Part shown: positions 1 to 13,817 of the stretch, piece after piece | How positions within the stretch are numbered: the stretch's first letter is position 1 | How the letters are laid out: each line of letters begins with the position of its first letter | Assembly: GCF_963921235.1 (NCBI RefSeq) | Contig: NC_086112.1 | Span: forward strand, 36,642,001-36,706,000 | Origin: Mobula hypostoma | Lineage: Eukaryota | Direction of reading: 5' to 3' | DNA length: 64,000 nucleotides | Notes under the pieces: model-generated | Databases searched by the model: none | What the model was told of the DNA's origin: nothing | Seen by the model: the letters and a program-made list of their open reading frames with translations, nothing else | Made by a program: the position numbers and the translations under genes

Positions 1-1253
1 TTGCTTTCACCAGTATTATATCCTTACCTCTATGAAACAAAGCAAGAAATAAGAAAAAAATTGTTGATACGCGAATTAATGCTGGATTCTTCCTCAAACT
101 GTGGCACAGAATTCTTCAGTTAACCTAAAATATCAAAGGGGACATTGTCTTCCTATTCCTTACCATACAAAGCAATAATTCAACACTGCTTGGTACTACA
201 CTAAATGGCAACCTAAATTACATACGGGACTGAGAATCAATCTACAGTCTTCTAAGTAAAGGCAGACTTTTCTAAGATTAGTGGCAGTTTAAGTAGTTAC
301 TCTGCATACGAGCACCTGCTGCACCCAATCTTAAATTTCTTGCTTTTAAATGTATATACTGAGAACATCTATCTATTCTATTATTTTTTCATAATCTCAG
401 ATGTCTCTATTTTACCTCTATTAGCTTAAGCAAAATATTCCTAAATTTCAGTACCTCCTTATATTTTCTCATGCACCCAGTGAAATATATCCCCTTCAAT
501 GTTGACACATTTGCCTCATGGACTAAATGACTTTTTTTTTGCTTTTAGGTGCTGCTTCTGAATGCAAACCCGAACCACTCCCTGCCTGATACCTCAAAAT
601 TTCCCTGTCTCTAATTCTATCAAAGGTGGTTCATTTATCATGCAAAATAGCTAAATGTATACGAATAGTGAAATAATACCCTGACAAACTCGCTTTGATG
701 AACCTGAGCTCAACACGTCATTTAAATATGAAATATTAAATCCAGAAATATGCAGAAATGGTTGGTAATCATCATGTACTGTCCACCCAAGTTTATTTTC
801 CAGCTGGGCTCACAACTTAGCATCAAAGAAGTCAGGTTCATTTTCATGTTGTCCCACAAATGGGATACAAAGGTCATTCCAATTCTCATGCCAGTTGAAA
901 TAACTTAATGAGACAGAATCTCAAAACTTGCAACTTGTCAGTTTAATGCTATACTATTTACCTACTGAGAAACAATACTTAGTGATTTTATTGGAATTGA
1001 TAGAGCTTCAGAGATGAGAAATAAAGCCTCTGTGGCATTTGAATTAAAGTCTGTTATCTAATTTTAGAGTTTGGGTGACATCAGTTAAATATATCATAAG
1101 GTCACAATATTTAATAGAATTGTAAAGGACAAAGAGTCTAATTTTAATATTATACAATTATACTAACCCAAGTCAGGAAGGAATACCAAAACAAAATACT
1201 GTAAAATTAAATATCTTCAGTAAGATCAGCATGTCATATCAGGCATCAATATG

Positions 1254-1392
1254 TCAGGCAGCATATGTGGAAAACTAAAGTTAAACTTTCAGGTTGAATG
1301 CTATTTATTAGCACTTTTATCACAGCTAATTCTGATGACAGGTTATTGACTTGAAACATTAATTCTGTCTCTCCACAGATGCTGCCTGACCT
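1254..1392. mobile_element. Old Penelope-derived fold-back remnant
   Basis: CTGATGA...GAAACATT at 1332-1360 followed by gatgctgcctgacct, with a decayed inverted arm (caggcagcat...) upstream. Confidence 0.5.
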
Positions 1393-1577
1393 ACATTACA
1401 ATTTTATACCAAAATACTGCACCAAGTTTGCCAAGGGTAATTTTGATCACACATGCATAAATTTACTTAGACCTGCTAAGAACACGGGACAATTGAGTTA
1501 AAAATGCAAGCAAATCCAATTATTTGAAGGCAACATAGAGTTCAGTTTTCAAAAAGTTACATTAATGCTTCACTTAC

Positions 1578-1782
1578 CTCCATGTCAATGAATCCATATT
1601 CTTTATTTTCAAACATATGATTGCAGTTGTTTATGATTTCTTTTAATATTTCATAGTTATGTTCAATACACTCTCTTAATTTTTTCACATGAGGAAGAAA
1701 ATTAGGAAGCAGCTTCCGATGAGCTGCTGGAAGTGACCGAAATTGCTTTTCAGAACGAGTTACCCTCTCATGTGCATATATC
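1578..1782 (-). CDS. CARNMT1: Carnosine N-methyltransferase 1, coding exon 2 (gene continues beyond window start)
   Basis: G+[68 protein letters not shown] resembles human [26 protein letters not shown]...HMFENKEYG. ttacag acceptor, gtaagt donor, phase compatible with exon 1. Confidence 0.93.
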
Positions 1783-4700
1783 CTGTAATGTGAAATTGCA
1801 TTATAAATAAGCTTAAAAATTTTGAACATAATTGCATTGACAAAATCACTTAACTTACAAATTAAAATCTTGTTGCTTTTAACTTACATGTATGTTTTAA
1901 ATACTTTTTTTATGAAGTCTGCACTTATAATGATCACATTTCAGAGCATACATTTACAGTTACAAGTTTCTGTATTTGACTATATTGCAGTAAGAAATGA
2001 AAATATGCTTAAAACACAATAGAATCCATTAATTGCTGTGCACTACATATCAGGCTAAAGTCCATTACAAATTTGGAGAAAATAAGTAATTAGCTGTCAG
2101 AGTCAAGTACTGGTGACAGCCTTTCCTAAACCCAACCTATAAAAGTCTGTCAGGAAACATTGAAAGTGGTGCTGGAAAATGTGAAATCCCAAAAGGGGTA
2201 TAATTACAGAGAGAACTACGGGTACATGTGTAGTTTGTTGGAAATGTCAAGTGGCAAGAAAGGTTAAGAAAGTGGTTACAAAAAAAAGTACGGACAAGGA
2301 CGCCACAACAAATTGTATAAAACACTGCCTCGGGTACAAATGAAGCACTGTTTACAGTCTGGGAACTATACTTTTGGAAAGGTATACTAGCTCTGGAGAC
2401 ATCAGGATAGACTGAGAAGGTGAGATTGTTTTCCTTGGAAAAGAATAGGTTGAGAAAAGATCTGATGAATGTATTTAAATTCATGAAAGGTACAAACTGA
2501 GCAAAGAAAGACTGTTCCCACTGATAAGAATGAAGTGAGTGGACATATTCAAAGGTGACATGAGAAAAGTTATTTCTGAGTCAAAAAAACATCAGTATAG
2601 AAGTTGGCCTTTGGCCCACCATCCAAACAGAGCATCAGCTGCCTATTTACACTAATTCTACATTGATCCCTATCAATCTATTATAGTTTAGTGGTTTTGA
2701 ACAGTTTCATTCAACACTGATTTTTTTTTTAAATGACTGCATCATGCTCTCATGTTCTGAAAACTATGCCAACCATCCACTTGGCATTAAGAATTCTCAG
2801 ATCAATGCCAATCATATGTTTATGCATACACAGTAGAAAATGACTGCAATAATGCAACCAGTATAACTTAAGTTAAATAAAATCTTCTTACATGTCACAT
2901 GACAAAAAAAAATTACTTTAGATTTTATCGGCCAAATGATAAAATAACTTATTTGTTTGAGCATTCATCACAATCCAAACACAAAAATTTGCTAATCACC
3001 CTAAATTTGTGTACTCTTGTCATTAGCTCTAAACCATTCACTCTAACACCTTAGGTAACTTAAGTATGGTTCCCGGATTCCCTTGAGCCTTTTCTGCTTT
3101 AAGCAGAGAAACTCCAGATTCTGTTTCTGGTCTGTGTAAACATAACGCGTCCATTCATGTTCCACAGTTCTGTACCCTGTCAAAAGCTTTCAACTATTCC
3201 AAGGGTATGGTGCTCTGCCCAAAACAAATGCTACACTAATATTTTACATAAGTTTAGTTTAGTGCATTGGTAAACCCAGATAGAATGTTTCCCACTTATA
3301 TTTTAATGGAAAAAATATTTCAACCCATCTGCACAAAGTATTCATATTTTAGCTAAAATCCTGCAAACTAAGAGGAAACATTATTTTCTATAAGTAAATG
3401 AAGTCTAAATTCACAGCCTAATATATCCAAATGAAATTGCATTTCATCATCTTGACAATGACAATGAACAGAAAACTTCTAGTAATGATGAGCCAATTTA
3501 TTTCTGCAATTCAGCCTTATGTTAGCTATTATTTCTAAAAGATACCTTCTGGATAGCACATTTCCATTTGAAAAACATATTTCTCTTGCTGGACAACATC
3601 ATATAAACTTTAAAATATACACACTGTAAATAGTTAAACAAATCTAAATACAAGGAATACTAATCAGGCTACAAAGACTTAACCACGAACCACACTGAAT
3701 TTTCCAACATTCTAATTTGAAACTCATATCAACTGTGAATCACTTCTGACGTGTATAAAATTCACATTTCACTTTCCTCACTGTTGAACGCACATTAGTT
3801 AAATTTCATTGCTTTCGTATAACCCTGCTCCTGAAGACTTACAAGCTGATAGGTTAATTGACTGTGTAAATTGACCCAAGTGTGTATGTGAGTGGTAGAA
3901 TCTAGGGACAAAGGGAATATGGGCAAATTAAAACAGGATATGCGTAAATCGGTTTTTAGCAGTTGGCACCAACTTGTTGGGCCAATTGTCTATGACTCTA
4001 TAATTACAAAAAGGAAATAACATAAAACAAGCAACTGGTACCTGAAATACCTGTAGTATTTGAGTTAATACAAATGACATTACCATAACAATACCAAAGA
4101 GCATCGACAATTATCAAAATTCAGCAATTAAATGTACTCTGAGTATTCGCCATCAAATACTTTAATATGCTGCAGCCACTATACACAGTTTTAGACACAT
4201 TAGCAAGTAATGATGATGGGATAATAAATTCAAAGCAACAGGAGATGGCTTTAGAAACAGCGTATTCAACGAAAAGGACCTTTTTCTTGAATAGAACAAC
4301 AAACATACTTAAGGTGAGATAAAGAAATCTCTTATCATTTAATTGAAATTTAAGCCTGATCACCTGCATGAGATTCAGCTCCATTGTTTAACTGGGGGTG
4401 GAGTTTATTTAATGGCAACATTTAAAATACTGAGTGCAGAACTTAACAGAAAATAGCCAGACACTTAAGAAAAGGATAGCATAGGAATTAAGTTGGAAAA
4501 AAACATAACTGATACAGTAATTGATTTGTGCCTTGCAACCCCAAAGCTGCAGCACTGCAAGGATTTTCACTACATGAACAAAAGAATGATTTCAGATGAG
4601 TCAGTAACAATAAACCTTATGTCTATCTGCTAATCATATATAAAAGACACAATGAAAAACAATAATTAACTTTCATTTTTTGAAGAATATTTAAACTACA

Positions 4701-7700
4701 AGTGTTATACAACATGAATATCTGAAAGACCACCAAAATATGCTTTTGGGGTAGTTACAGAACAGTTATATAATTAAAATTGCAACTACAGTTAAGTTTT
4801 TAGAATCCATGTAATGTGCTTTCTTAAAGGTTCTATTTCAGCAACAACTTATTATCACTTTGAATAGTTATATAACACAGCAATATACTTGTTTACAAAT
4901 CCATGCAAAATCTTCACTTGAAAACTTAGATGTGTCAGACATCAGACTGTGCTACTGGGCACTGCTCCTGTGATTTTAATGTCCTTCAATTGAACAAACT
5001 GGATAGTTTAATGAAATCAAGTATATTATTCTTCACACAGATGGGGACAGTGTAATTACAAAACTCAAAAGAATGCCAAGCACTTCAGTGATCTCACAAA
5101 GCCTAGTTTTCCACTATCCATGCACTATCTCCTCACTAAAACCAATTCATAATCAAATTGCATGTCTGACAACTAGTTTAAGCATGAAACATCAGCATTC
5201 TACTGATACTTCATGTCATCTGCATATCCTTCCTTAGTGCTTTTGAATGATAAATAATCCATGAGAATTTCATGCCTCTATCTTAATTTGTGATTTATAG
5301 TTAAAGTTTCCTAGTTATGTCTGTTGCTTTTGTCCACACCATTTAAACAGATTGATCTTGTAGATAGATCATTATTATAAGAAAGTAGTGAGAAAATCTA
5401 ACCACTACAATTTATCAACTAACCATTTTTATTCTATTTCAAGTAGGCTGATGTACAGAGGTTATGCACTGCTCTAAGTAAGGCTTTTTTTCAATATGGT
5501 AATACCTTATATTCTTCATTTAAATCTGGTGATTTGCATATCATAAAAGCATTAGTTTATTTGCAAGAGGGTGGTTCATTGGAGCAATACATTACAAAGT
5601 CAGTATTTTGCATTACAGCTTCTCATTGGTAGTTAATCTTGACCGTATTCTAGCCTAGCAGAGATATCCTCTTCCCCTACTCTCATCCATTTATATTTTC
5701 TTTTGTTGCTAACAATGATAAAAGGTCATTGATCCAAACACAAATCATAGAAAAATTATGATTCAAGACAACTTGACCATCCCAGATGGAGAAAATGAAC
5801 AAACACAGCCAGAACTTCATTAATGTGATGAGAGTACCTTCCTCAACTACCCATTCAGGCAGTATTCCAAACCTTTATCCATTCTCTTGAGTGATTTTTA
5901 TTTTCATTTCGACTCTAACCTTTTATCAATTATTTCAAATCAATGCTCTATGATTTTCAATTCCTATGAGAATAGGTTCTTTCTATTTAGGCATATCAAT
6001 TTTACACACCTCAATGTACTCAATCTTTCGTCTTCGCTAACATTTTCCAATGTTGGCAATACCCGTATAAATCTTCAGTGATCCTCTCTAGAGTACTGAT
6101 ATCCTATCAGCAATTTGGTGATTATGATACTGCACAAGTCTCAAGCGTGGTCTGACTAGCATTATGAGCAATGCCGGGATAATCTCTGTACTTTTAAATT
6201 ATGTGCCTTGGCTAATAAAAACATCAGATGATAATTTTAAACTATTTCTTTGACCTGTCCTGATAACTTTTCAGGGTCTGTCAATAATTACTTCAAATCT
6301 GCTTCTTCCTACACATCTCTAAGAACACTATTATTTTCTTTCCATGCTGTATCTCACCAAATGCAAAATCTCAAACATCCCCAAATTATGTTCAATTTGC
6401 AACTTTTCTCCCCAACTTCGGTCCACTTTTATCTCAGCAGTGTTGCTCCATCCACAAATGGTGTTTGATCATTGTGTTTCTATCATTTTCTACCTTTTTT
6501 CTTCAATTTCTTGCAGTTTCAAATTCAATGTTCATAATTTTGATGGGAGCACTAGCAACCTGGATCTATTAGTTCAGACTGAGTCATTCAATTTTAAAAT
6601 ATATAAATTTGAACACATTCTCAATATTACAGACTCAATATTTAAAATCAATGCTATTTATGCAATTTTATTGTTTAGTTTGCATAGCTTTAGTGCGTGT
6701 AAAAATACTTACTTTGACTTCTCTAAATAGCTCTTTCCATAGCTAGTTAATATTATTTTCCAGTGTATGATGGAATGGTAATGGAGTAAATGCAAAATCT
6801 CATTTCACAAGACATCACAGTTTATTGTAATGGATACTATTAAGGTAGAATATTAAAATTAATTTATTTCAAAATCTTTCCCTGATTTCTTGTCTCCAAA
6901 TGTGTTATTTTACTGACAGGAATTTTACACTGAATTACCCGTCTCCTTTTGCTAATTTCCATAACATATAGTACGTGTAAAGGAATTTTATGAAGAATTG
7001 ATGGGGACCATTGGCTGAGGAATCTATAGCAAAAGGAGTATTGTCTAATGATCTTTTGGGAGTAAAATTTAAATAAACACCAACATGCAGTCATTGGCAG
7101 AATCTGGAGAAGTCTTCCACAAACCATAATTGATGCTTAGTCAATTATAAAAGATTGATATGTTCTTAATAAAGTGATTGTAAAGGGTAAAAGATAAAGA
7201 CATTTATGCTTTTTGGTCACAAGTGAGCCATAATCTAAATAGCAGACCAAGGTCAAATGGCCAAATCTTGCTATGGTGCTCCTGGACAAATCTATTGTGT
7301 CAAATATCAGTTATTGGTATTTTTAGAAATTAAAGGTGCTCCATGACAAAAGTGCAGAAGAAAGTGCCCTAATTTTGAAATTTGATTTGAGAAGCATTCT
7401 AATAAAAGGCAGATTTGTGGTGAATAAGTACAGTAGATATTAATGCTAACAGACTAAAACACAGTCAATCAGTACTATTATTTATTTCTCATACACTGTG
7501 TAAACACTACAAAGCATAAAGGAAAATATTACCAAAGCCTGAAAGATTAAAAAAGCAAAGAAACAATTGAAAATTATATATTTTATTTTTAAAACAGTTC
7601 AGTTATAAAACATAATTATTCTAGATAAAGCTGGAACACCTAATTTAGCAAGAGTTGTGCACTGAAATCATAATTTATAAAATAAAGAAAACGTTAAGTA

Positions 7701-8261
7701 TTCTAAAATCCCCAGCCATAATAAAAGTAGATGGGCATTAACTATCAGTTACAAATTGGCTTAAGCTCTATCCTAAAACTGCATAAACGACAGAGGGTGA
7801 TACAAACACGAAGTAGGGCTATACATAGGTGACATGAAGAATCTCAAGGATATTCATTCAATTTGAACCAAGACTTTGTAATGGTGTTCTCTGCCTTACT
7901 AGTTCCGCGAGAAAAAAAAAACTACCCCAAGTTTAGATAACCAATCAGCGAAATTACATTTTAACCGTGGGACCAATTGCCCATACTCCAATAAATATGT
8001 TATGCCATTTGAGGAAGCCCACCAACCCTGAAACCAAACATTTTTTTTTCCTGAAAAGGAAAGACTCGGGACAAATGTTCAGGTCATTAACAATCTCCGA
8101 GTAACCAGTGGTTAAAGACTTGCCGGTGCCAATGTCAGTCTGGCCTTGCGACCGGCTACCCTCTTCACCTCCTCTACCCCGGAGCTCAGGCCTGAGTTGG
8201 ATTCGTGTCTTACCCACCCTCTCACTCAGTCGGTTGCCGGCTGTTTTGTTTTCAAGTTTAC

Positions 8262-8389
8262 CTATAATATCTAAAAGCATTAATGATTTTCCAGAAATGC
8301 TCTTTCTCCAGCCGTTCCTCCTCGTCCTCTTGCTGCTTTGCCTCTTCTTTTTCTTCCATGGGGCAGAGACAGTCCCGCTCGTTCTCCAT
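8262..8389 (-). CDS. CARNMT1: Carnosine N-methyltransferase 1, coding exon 1
   Basis: Translates [42 protein letters not shown]+AG, matching human [20 protein letters not shown]. Good Kozak context, in-frame upstream TGA, GT donor at 8261-8260, phase 2. Confidence 0.93.
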
Positions 8390-8615
8390 CGCTTCCCCCC
8401 CACCGGCAGCGTAACGACGCCTTCACAACCACGCCACGAAAACGGCGGCACAAACGTCACACGCTCACCACAGCGACACCCGCCTACTCGGAGGATGCAC
8501 CACCACGTCCAGTGCTGAGGAATCGCCGAGACTTTGGCGAAACAGCGACACTTGCCGGCCTGGAGGATCACTGAACAACTCCCGAGATCGCACATGACAC
8601 GGAGAAAGGCAGGAT
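8340..8615 (-). promoter_or_regulatory. CpG-rich promoter/5' UTR of CARNMT1
   Basis: Local CpG enrichment around and upstream of the ATG in an otherwise AT-rich, CpG-poor background. Confidence 0.65.
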
Positions 8616-8631
8616 GGACCTGTCAAAATGC

Positions 8632-8815
8632 AACACCCATCAAAGTTGCTGGTGAACGCAGCAGGCCAGGCAGCATCTCTAGGAAGAGGTACAGTCGACG
8701 AAGGGTCTCGGCCTGAAACGTCGATTTCTAGAGATGCTGCCTGGCCTGCTGCATTCACCAGCAACTTTGATGTGTGTTGCTTGAATTTCCAGCATCTGCA
8801 GAATTCCTCGTGTTT
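8632..8815. mobile_element. Penelope-derived fold-back insertion with partial hammerhead motif
   Basis: Inverted arms of about 50 bp. 14-bp TSD acctgtcaaaatgc (8618-8631 / 8816-8829). Confidence 0.85.
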
Positions 8816-9233
8816 ACCTGTCAAAATGCTTTCATTTTGGGTCAAAACTTATTTAAACATCACAGCAGGAAACGTCTGATATAAATAGAAGTATTAACAA
8901 TTAGTTCTTTGGTGCTACAAATCGACTTTTGAATTATTTCTGAAATAACATTAATTCCAAAGTTCTGAAGAAAAATTCTAGGTAAGAAAATAGTAAATAG
9001 TAAAATCACTGCAAATAGTAAAATCAAATTTTAGAGTGTTCAACAGGATTATGGAAAAATAAGCCAGTAAGCAGCAGCAAATACAGATGTATAAATACAG
9101 TCCAAGCAATCTCCATGATTTTAATTAAATAAGAACTTAATCGTGGTGGACCCTGTAGTTGTCTATCCACAGTCTCTTCCACTGTCAAGATGAAGCCACA
9201 CTCAGGCTGGAAGAACAACACCTTATATTCCGT

Positions 9234-9677
9234 AAACACAGAATAATCTGCAGATGCTGGGGTCAAAGCAACACTCACAACACGCTGGAGGAACTCAGCA
9301 GGTCGGGCAGCATCCGTGGAAACGATCAGTCAACGTTTCGGGCTGGAACCATTCATCAGGATTGAAGAGCGAAGGGGCAGAGGCCCTATAAAGAAGGTGG
9401 GGGGAGGGTGGGAAGGAGAAGGCTGGTAGGTGCCAGGTGAAAAACCAGTAAGGGGAAAGATAAAGGGGTTGGGGAGGGGAAGCCAGTTGGTGGTAGGCAG
9501 GAAAGGTGAAGAAGGAATAGGGGAAAACACAATGGGTGGTAGACAGAGGCAGAACCATGAGGGAGGTGATAGGCAGCTGGGGGAGGGGGCAGAGTGAAAT
9601 AGGGATAGGGGAAGGAAGGGGGAGGGAATTACCGGAAGTTGGAGAATTCTATGTTCATACCAGGGGGCTGGAGCCTC
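9234..9677 (-). mobile_element. Penelope-like 3' fragment of a second subfamily, nested
   Basis: Related 3' repeat on the opposite strand. TSD tatattccgt / tatattctgt (9224-9233 / 9678-9687). Confidence 0.78.
9327..9364 (-). ncRNA. Minimal hammerhead ribozyme motif (PLE type), degenerate
   Basis: Minus strand reads caatc CTGATGA atgg ttccag ccc GAAAC GTT GACTG. Confidence 0.5.
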
Positions 9678-10030
9678 TATATTCTGTCTGGGTAGCCTCC
9701 GACCTGATGGCATGAACATTAACTTCTCTAACTTCCATTAATGCCCCACCTCCCCTTTGTACCCCATCCCTTATTATATTTTTTCTTTCCCCTTTTTTTT
9801 CTTCCTCTGTCCCTCTCACTATAACTCCTTGCCCAGCCTCTGGGTTCCCCCCCTCCCCCTTTCCTTCTCCCAAGGCCTCCCATCCCATGATCCTCTCCCT
9901 TCTCCAGCCTTGTATCCTTTTTGCCAATCAACTTTCCAGCCCTTAGCTCCATCCCTCCTCCTCCTGTCTTCTCCTCTCATTTTGGATCTCCCCTCCCCCT
10001 CTCAAATCTCTTACCATCTCTTATTTCACT

Positions 10031-10068
10031 TAGTCCTGACGAAGGGTCTCAGCCCGAAAAGTCAACTA
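10031..10068 (+). ncRNA. Minimal hammerhead ribozyme motif (PLE type), degenerate
   Basis: tAGTC CTGACGA AGGG tctcag CCC GAAA a GTC AACTa. Confidence 0.6.
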
Positions 10069-13000
10069 TACCTCTTCCTATAGATGCTGCCTGGCCTGTT
10101 GCATTCACCAGCATTTTTTGTGTGTGTTGTTGGACCCTGTAGTTTATTGTGTTTATATAAGTATTTGATGAAGCTCAACACTATTAATTAAGCCCAAGGA
10201 TATTGGCATAAAGGGAAATTTACTTATAAATAAAAACATAGGGTTACTGTCAGGAGGCTGAGACTTACTCTTGGAATAACAATTGTTTCTAATTTAGATC
10301 AATTATTTAGATTCAGATCTGTTGTTATCCAGGTAAAGAGTGCAGTGAAGTTGGAGGAGGCAGACCAGAACCTCCACTTCCTGGAATGCACGAACATTCA
10401 TTTCTGTCCTCTGGGATTCTTTGCTTAGTTTAAACTGTGGATTAATAATCAAGAAACCTTCACTAACAAACCAGAGACGCAAGTTAATAATCTGGAATTT
10501 CCTTTTTAAAAATAGTGCAAAATTGCCTGACTATTGTAAGAATACATTTGATTGAACATGAATTTGGATGGGGCATCCAGGGAGGGGTAATACCTCTGTC
10601 GAGGGGGCTTATCGAGTCCATTCCAGGGCAGCTCATGCACCTTTGGATCCCACCAGACACTTTGCTCTCACCTGCGGCTCCAAGGGACAGTGGCCATCCC
10701 CCAGTACACCGCTTCCACAGGCAAGCTAAACCAGGTATGAGCAGCCGGCGGCCTCGTGTCTGGTGAGATTGGGACATTCCACGTTCCAGCATGCGAAGCC
10801 AGCTCTGGCGTACTGGGCGGATGAGATCCATAGTGAGATCCAGTGGCTGGGAAGGCGGTACTGCAACGCTCCGTGGAGAGCAAAGGGCATGACAAGGAAC
10901 AGAAGACAGCATGGTCATTCACTTTCACCAAGGACGACCCAGTTTGTGACACTTGTTCGTACCACTGGACTCGGTCTCCTGAGGTCGAGGGAGTGGAAAT
11001 ACTCCAGTGCAACGGCTTTCCACTTTAAATGCTCCCCACCACACAGATTTCCTCTCATAGTCCGTCACCCACCAACACAGAGAAACAAGCGTTTCTAATT
11101 GTATCCAAACTGTTGTTTTAAACAGAAATAAGCCCTGCAGAATGCCCGGCACCAGCTGAGGCACCGAATTCCAGGACAGCAAAGCTGATCCCAGCCCAGC
11201 CAACCTTGTGTTCTTTCATACAAGCACCCAAGAGTTAGTGTCTAAACTGCGAGAAATATCCTACGCACTGGTCAAGCAACAACCTCACACAATTGTATCA
11301 GAATCATACTTTACAGGTAACATGCCAGACTTCTCCATTACAACACTGTTTAGGTTCCATCTCACAGCACAAGCGGTGGAATGGTGGTAGTGGCACTGAG
11401 AATCTTCAATGACTTAAAACATCATGTCAAAAATGGGCCAGGATATCAGTATTTTATTATCAGCTAACATCTTCCCTAAATGCACTCTGAGACAGTAGAG
11501 AGGTGCTGGCATGCCTTTTTGTTTGCATCTGTGTGCTGAGCTCAGAACAGGTCATCCAAGATGTAAATGCCTAGGAATTTGAAGCTGCTTGCTCTCTTCA
11601 CCCATCATCATATATGTCACTATCGTTGTGACAAAGGGAGATGTGAAAGTTCAAAGCTGGCATCCAGAAACTTGTGTGTGACCAACACATCACCAACAAT
11701 AATGTATTTACCACCATTTGTATCTCATAGTTCCGCTTATACTTTTCTACATTATGCCAGGGGATCAATGCTGGTTTAATGAGCAGAGGGGGACCTGTAT
11801 CAGAAATGTAGCACGCTTCTGAAGCTGTAAAACAAGACAACAATCTGAATGCTCACTCAACGGCAAAAACACCAGAAAACAGATAGTTAAGCAATCCACC
11901 AACCAACAGTTCTATCAAAGCTTTGCAGCCCTGCCAAATTGACTGGTGGTGTACAATTTCAAGCTAAGGTCAGAAATGGGATGTCTAAACTGATTGCCTG
12001 GAATTCAATTCCATTCATAACTCCTTAGAAAATGAAGCAGCCCATGTACTGCTTTTGTTTTTGGAAACACAACTGAAATTTTTCTTTTTAGAATCATAAA
12101 ATGATACACACATTCACCATTTCCACATTGTTCTGTGTTATTTTAGAAATGACTGGATGCTTGAAGAGGACTCATTTTCTACAAAACATTTCTTTTGGAG
12201 TAAGGCTCCATGGCTCACATTCCTCTGGCACACCCAGGACATAGTTTTATCATACTGTTACTAAAATAGCATGCTGACAAGGTACATAAATGACTTGACT
12301 TTATCTTGAGGCCCTGGTCCATTCTACCAACTCTAGTTTTGTACTCATTAAGATCAGCATTGTTAAAAATGTCAGTCCCTGATCTTGCCAGCTATTCAAC
12401 TGACATTCCCCAACCCCTACCCACTGGGCACTCATTGGCCTACCCTCAATTCCCTCAGCCCTACCTCTTGCCTTCATCATTGGAATCATCAATTCCTATC
12501 CCGAATGCTCAGTCACTTGCTTGTCTCCAATTTTAATATCCCCGGCTCATAAAAAAGTCTTTTTTAGATTATGAAGACACACAGTCCTCTTTTATTGTCA
12601 TTTAGTAATGCATGCATACAATATTTCCTCCGGTGTGATATCACAAAACACAGGACAGACCAAGACTGAAAAAACTGACAAAACCACATAATTACAACAT
12701 ATAGTTACAACAGTGCAACAATACCATAACTTGATGAAGAAGTCCATGAACACAGTAAAAGTTCAAAGTCTCTCAAATGTTCCACATCTCACGCAGACGG
12801 GAGAAGGAAGAAAAACTCTCCCTGCTATGCCCGACCATAATCCATCTCTGAGTCATCCGAAAACTTCGAGTCTCTGAATCAGCTCTCTGACACAGAGTAC
12901 TGAGCGCCATCTCTGTCCGATGATTCGACCTCAATTTCAGTCGCCAACAGCAGGCAAAGCCGGGGATTTTGAGGCCTACCCTCCGGAAGATTCCCAACCA

Positions 13001-13343
13001 GACAGTAACGACAGTAGTGAACAAGTGTTTCAGAAATTTCTCCAGATGTTCCTCTGTGCTTTCACGTCTGTCTCCATCAAATCAGAATTGTCCATGGCTC
13101 CTATTTAACGGATACAATATCATTTTTCACCGGAGGGCTGTGCACCCATCCATACATTTTCCACCCATTCATACATCTTTGAACTTACAATCTCATTTCT
13201 CTTCTCCTCCCTACCTCCTGGCACACTAGTTTTCCAATCCCCTCTCCTTGCTCTGGCTTCTGATTTTCTGGGCTTTATGCTTCTATCACCCCAGACATAG
13301 CAAGGGCCCAAATGGGCTTGTGAAATCCTCTCCAAGAACCACC

Positions 13344-13817
13344 TGTCAGGACGCTGGAGTAGGATTCAATTGCAGACCCAGCACTATGCACACAGTGATC
13401 CTGAGTAGCAAATCCCAAGGAGCAAAGTTGGCATCAAAGTTCAGGCAGAGATCAAAACATCCAGAGAAATCCAAAAAACAATAGGGAAACAGGCAGAGTC
13501 GATATTCAGACAGACAGAGTACAGATACAAACGCTAGAAAGGTTCAGGAAAATTCACTGGCACAATCTGGCAGAAAAAAAAAGATGTGAAAAAACAGGAA
13601 TGAAATATACTGAGCAATAAACAGAGAGGCAGATGATAGGTGGAGCACAATGAGACACAGGTGGCAGCAATACAGGTAATAATGAGAAACAGGTGAGAGA
13701 CGGAGTACTCAGGAATACAGGGGCCGGAGTAGAGCAGGAGCACATGGGAATACAAAACCACAGACTGACAGCTGGGGGAACACACAAAAAGACAGAGTTC
13801 AACTGGAGGTACTGACA
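13344..13817 (-). repeat. 3' LTR of the Gypsy element
   Basis: tgtcag...ctgaca termini, direct repeat of 18140-18537, adjacent to the PPT. Confidence 0.88.

Larger units (their letters stand above)
9161..10130 (+). mobile_element. Penelope-like 3' fragment (GIY-YIG C-terminus + 3' repeat), host of a nested copy
   Basis: SIHSLFHCQDEATLRLEEQHLIFR / CLGSLRPDGMNINFSNF. 14-bp TSD tggaccctgtagtt (9147-9160 / 10131-10144). Confidence 0.85.

Noticed and set aside
1-60. Minus-strand polypyrimidine tract and AG suggesting CARNMT1 exon 3
   Set aside because: Exon 2 ends in phase 0, and that frame reads AGG TAA. There is no match to the expected STFDMDKLKSTLKQF. Cannot be supported.
7954-8595. 213-aa minus-strand ORF over the CARNMT1 promoter
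   Set aside because: It is in a different frame from the real exon 1 and has no recognisable homology; it is a by-product of GC-rich sequence.
10550-11110. GC-rich block with several overlapping ORFs
   Set aside because: It looks like a repeat-derived UTR (possibly RTE-like). No family or protein could be assigned with confidence.
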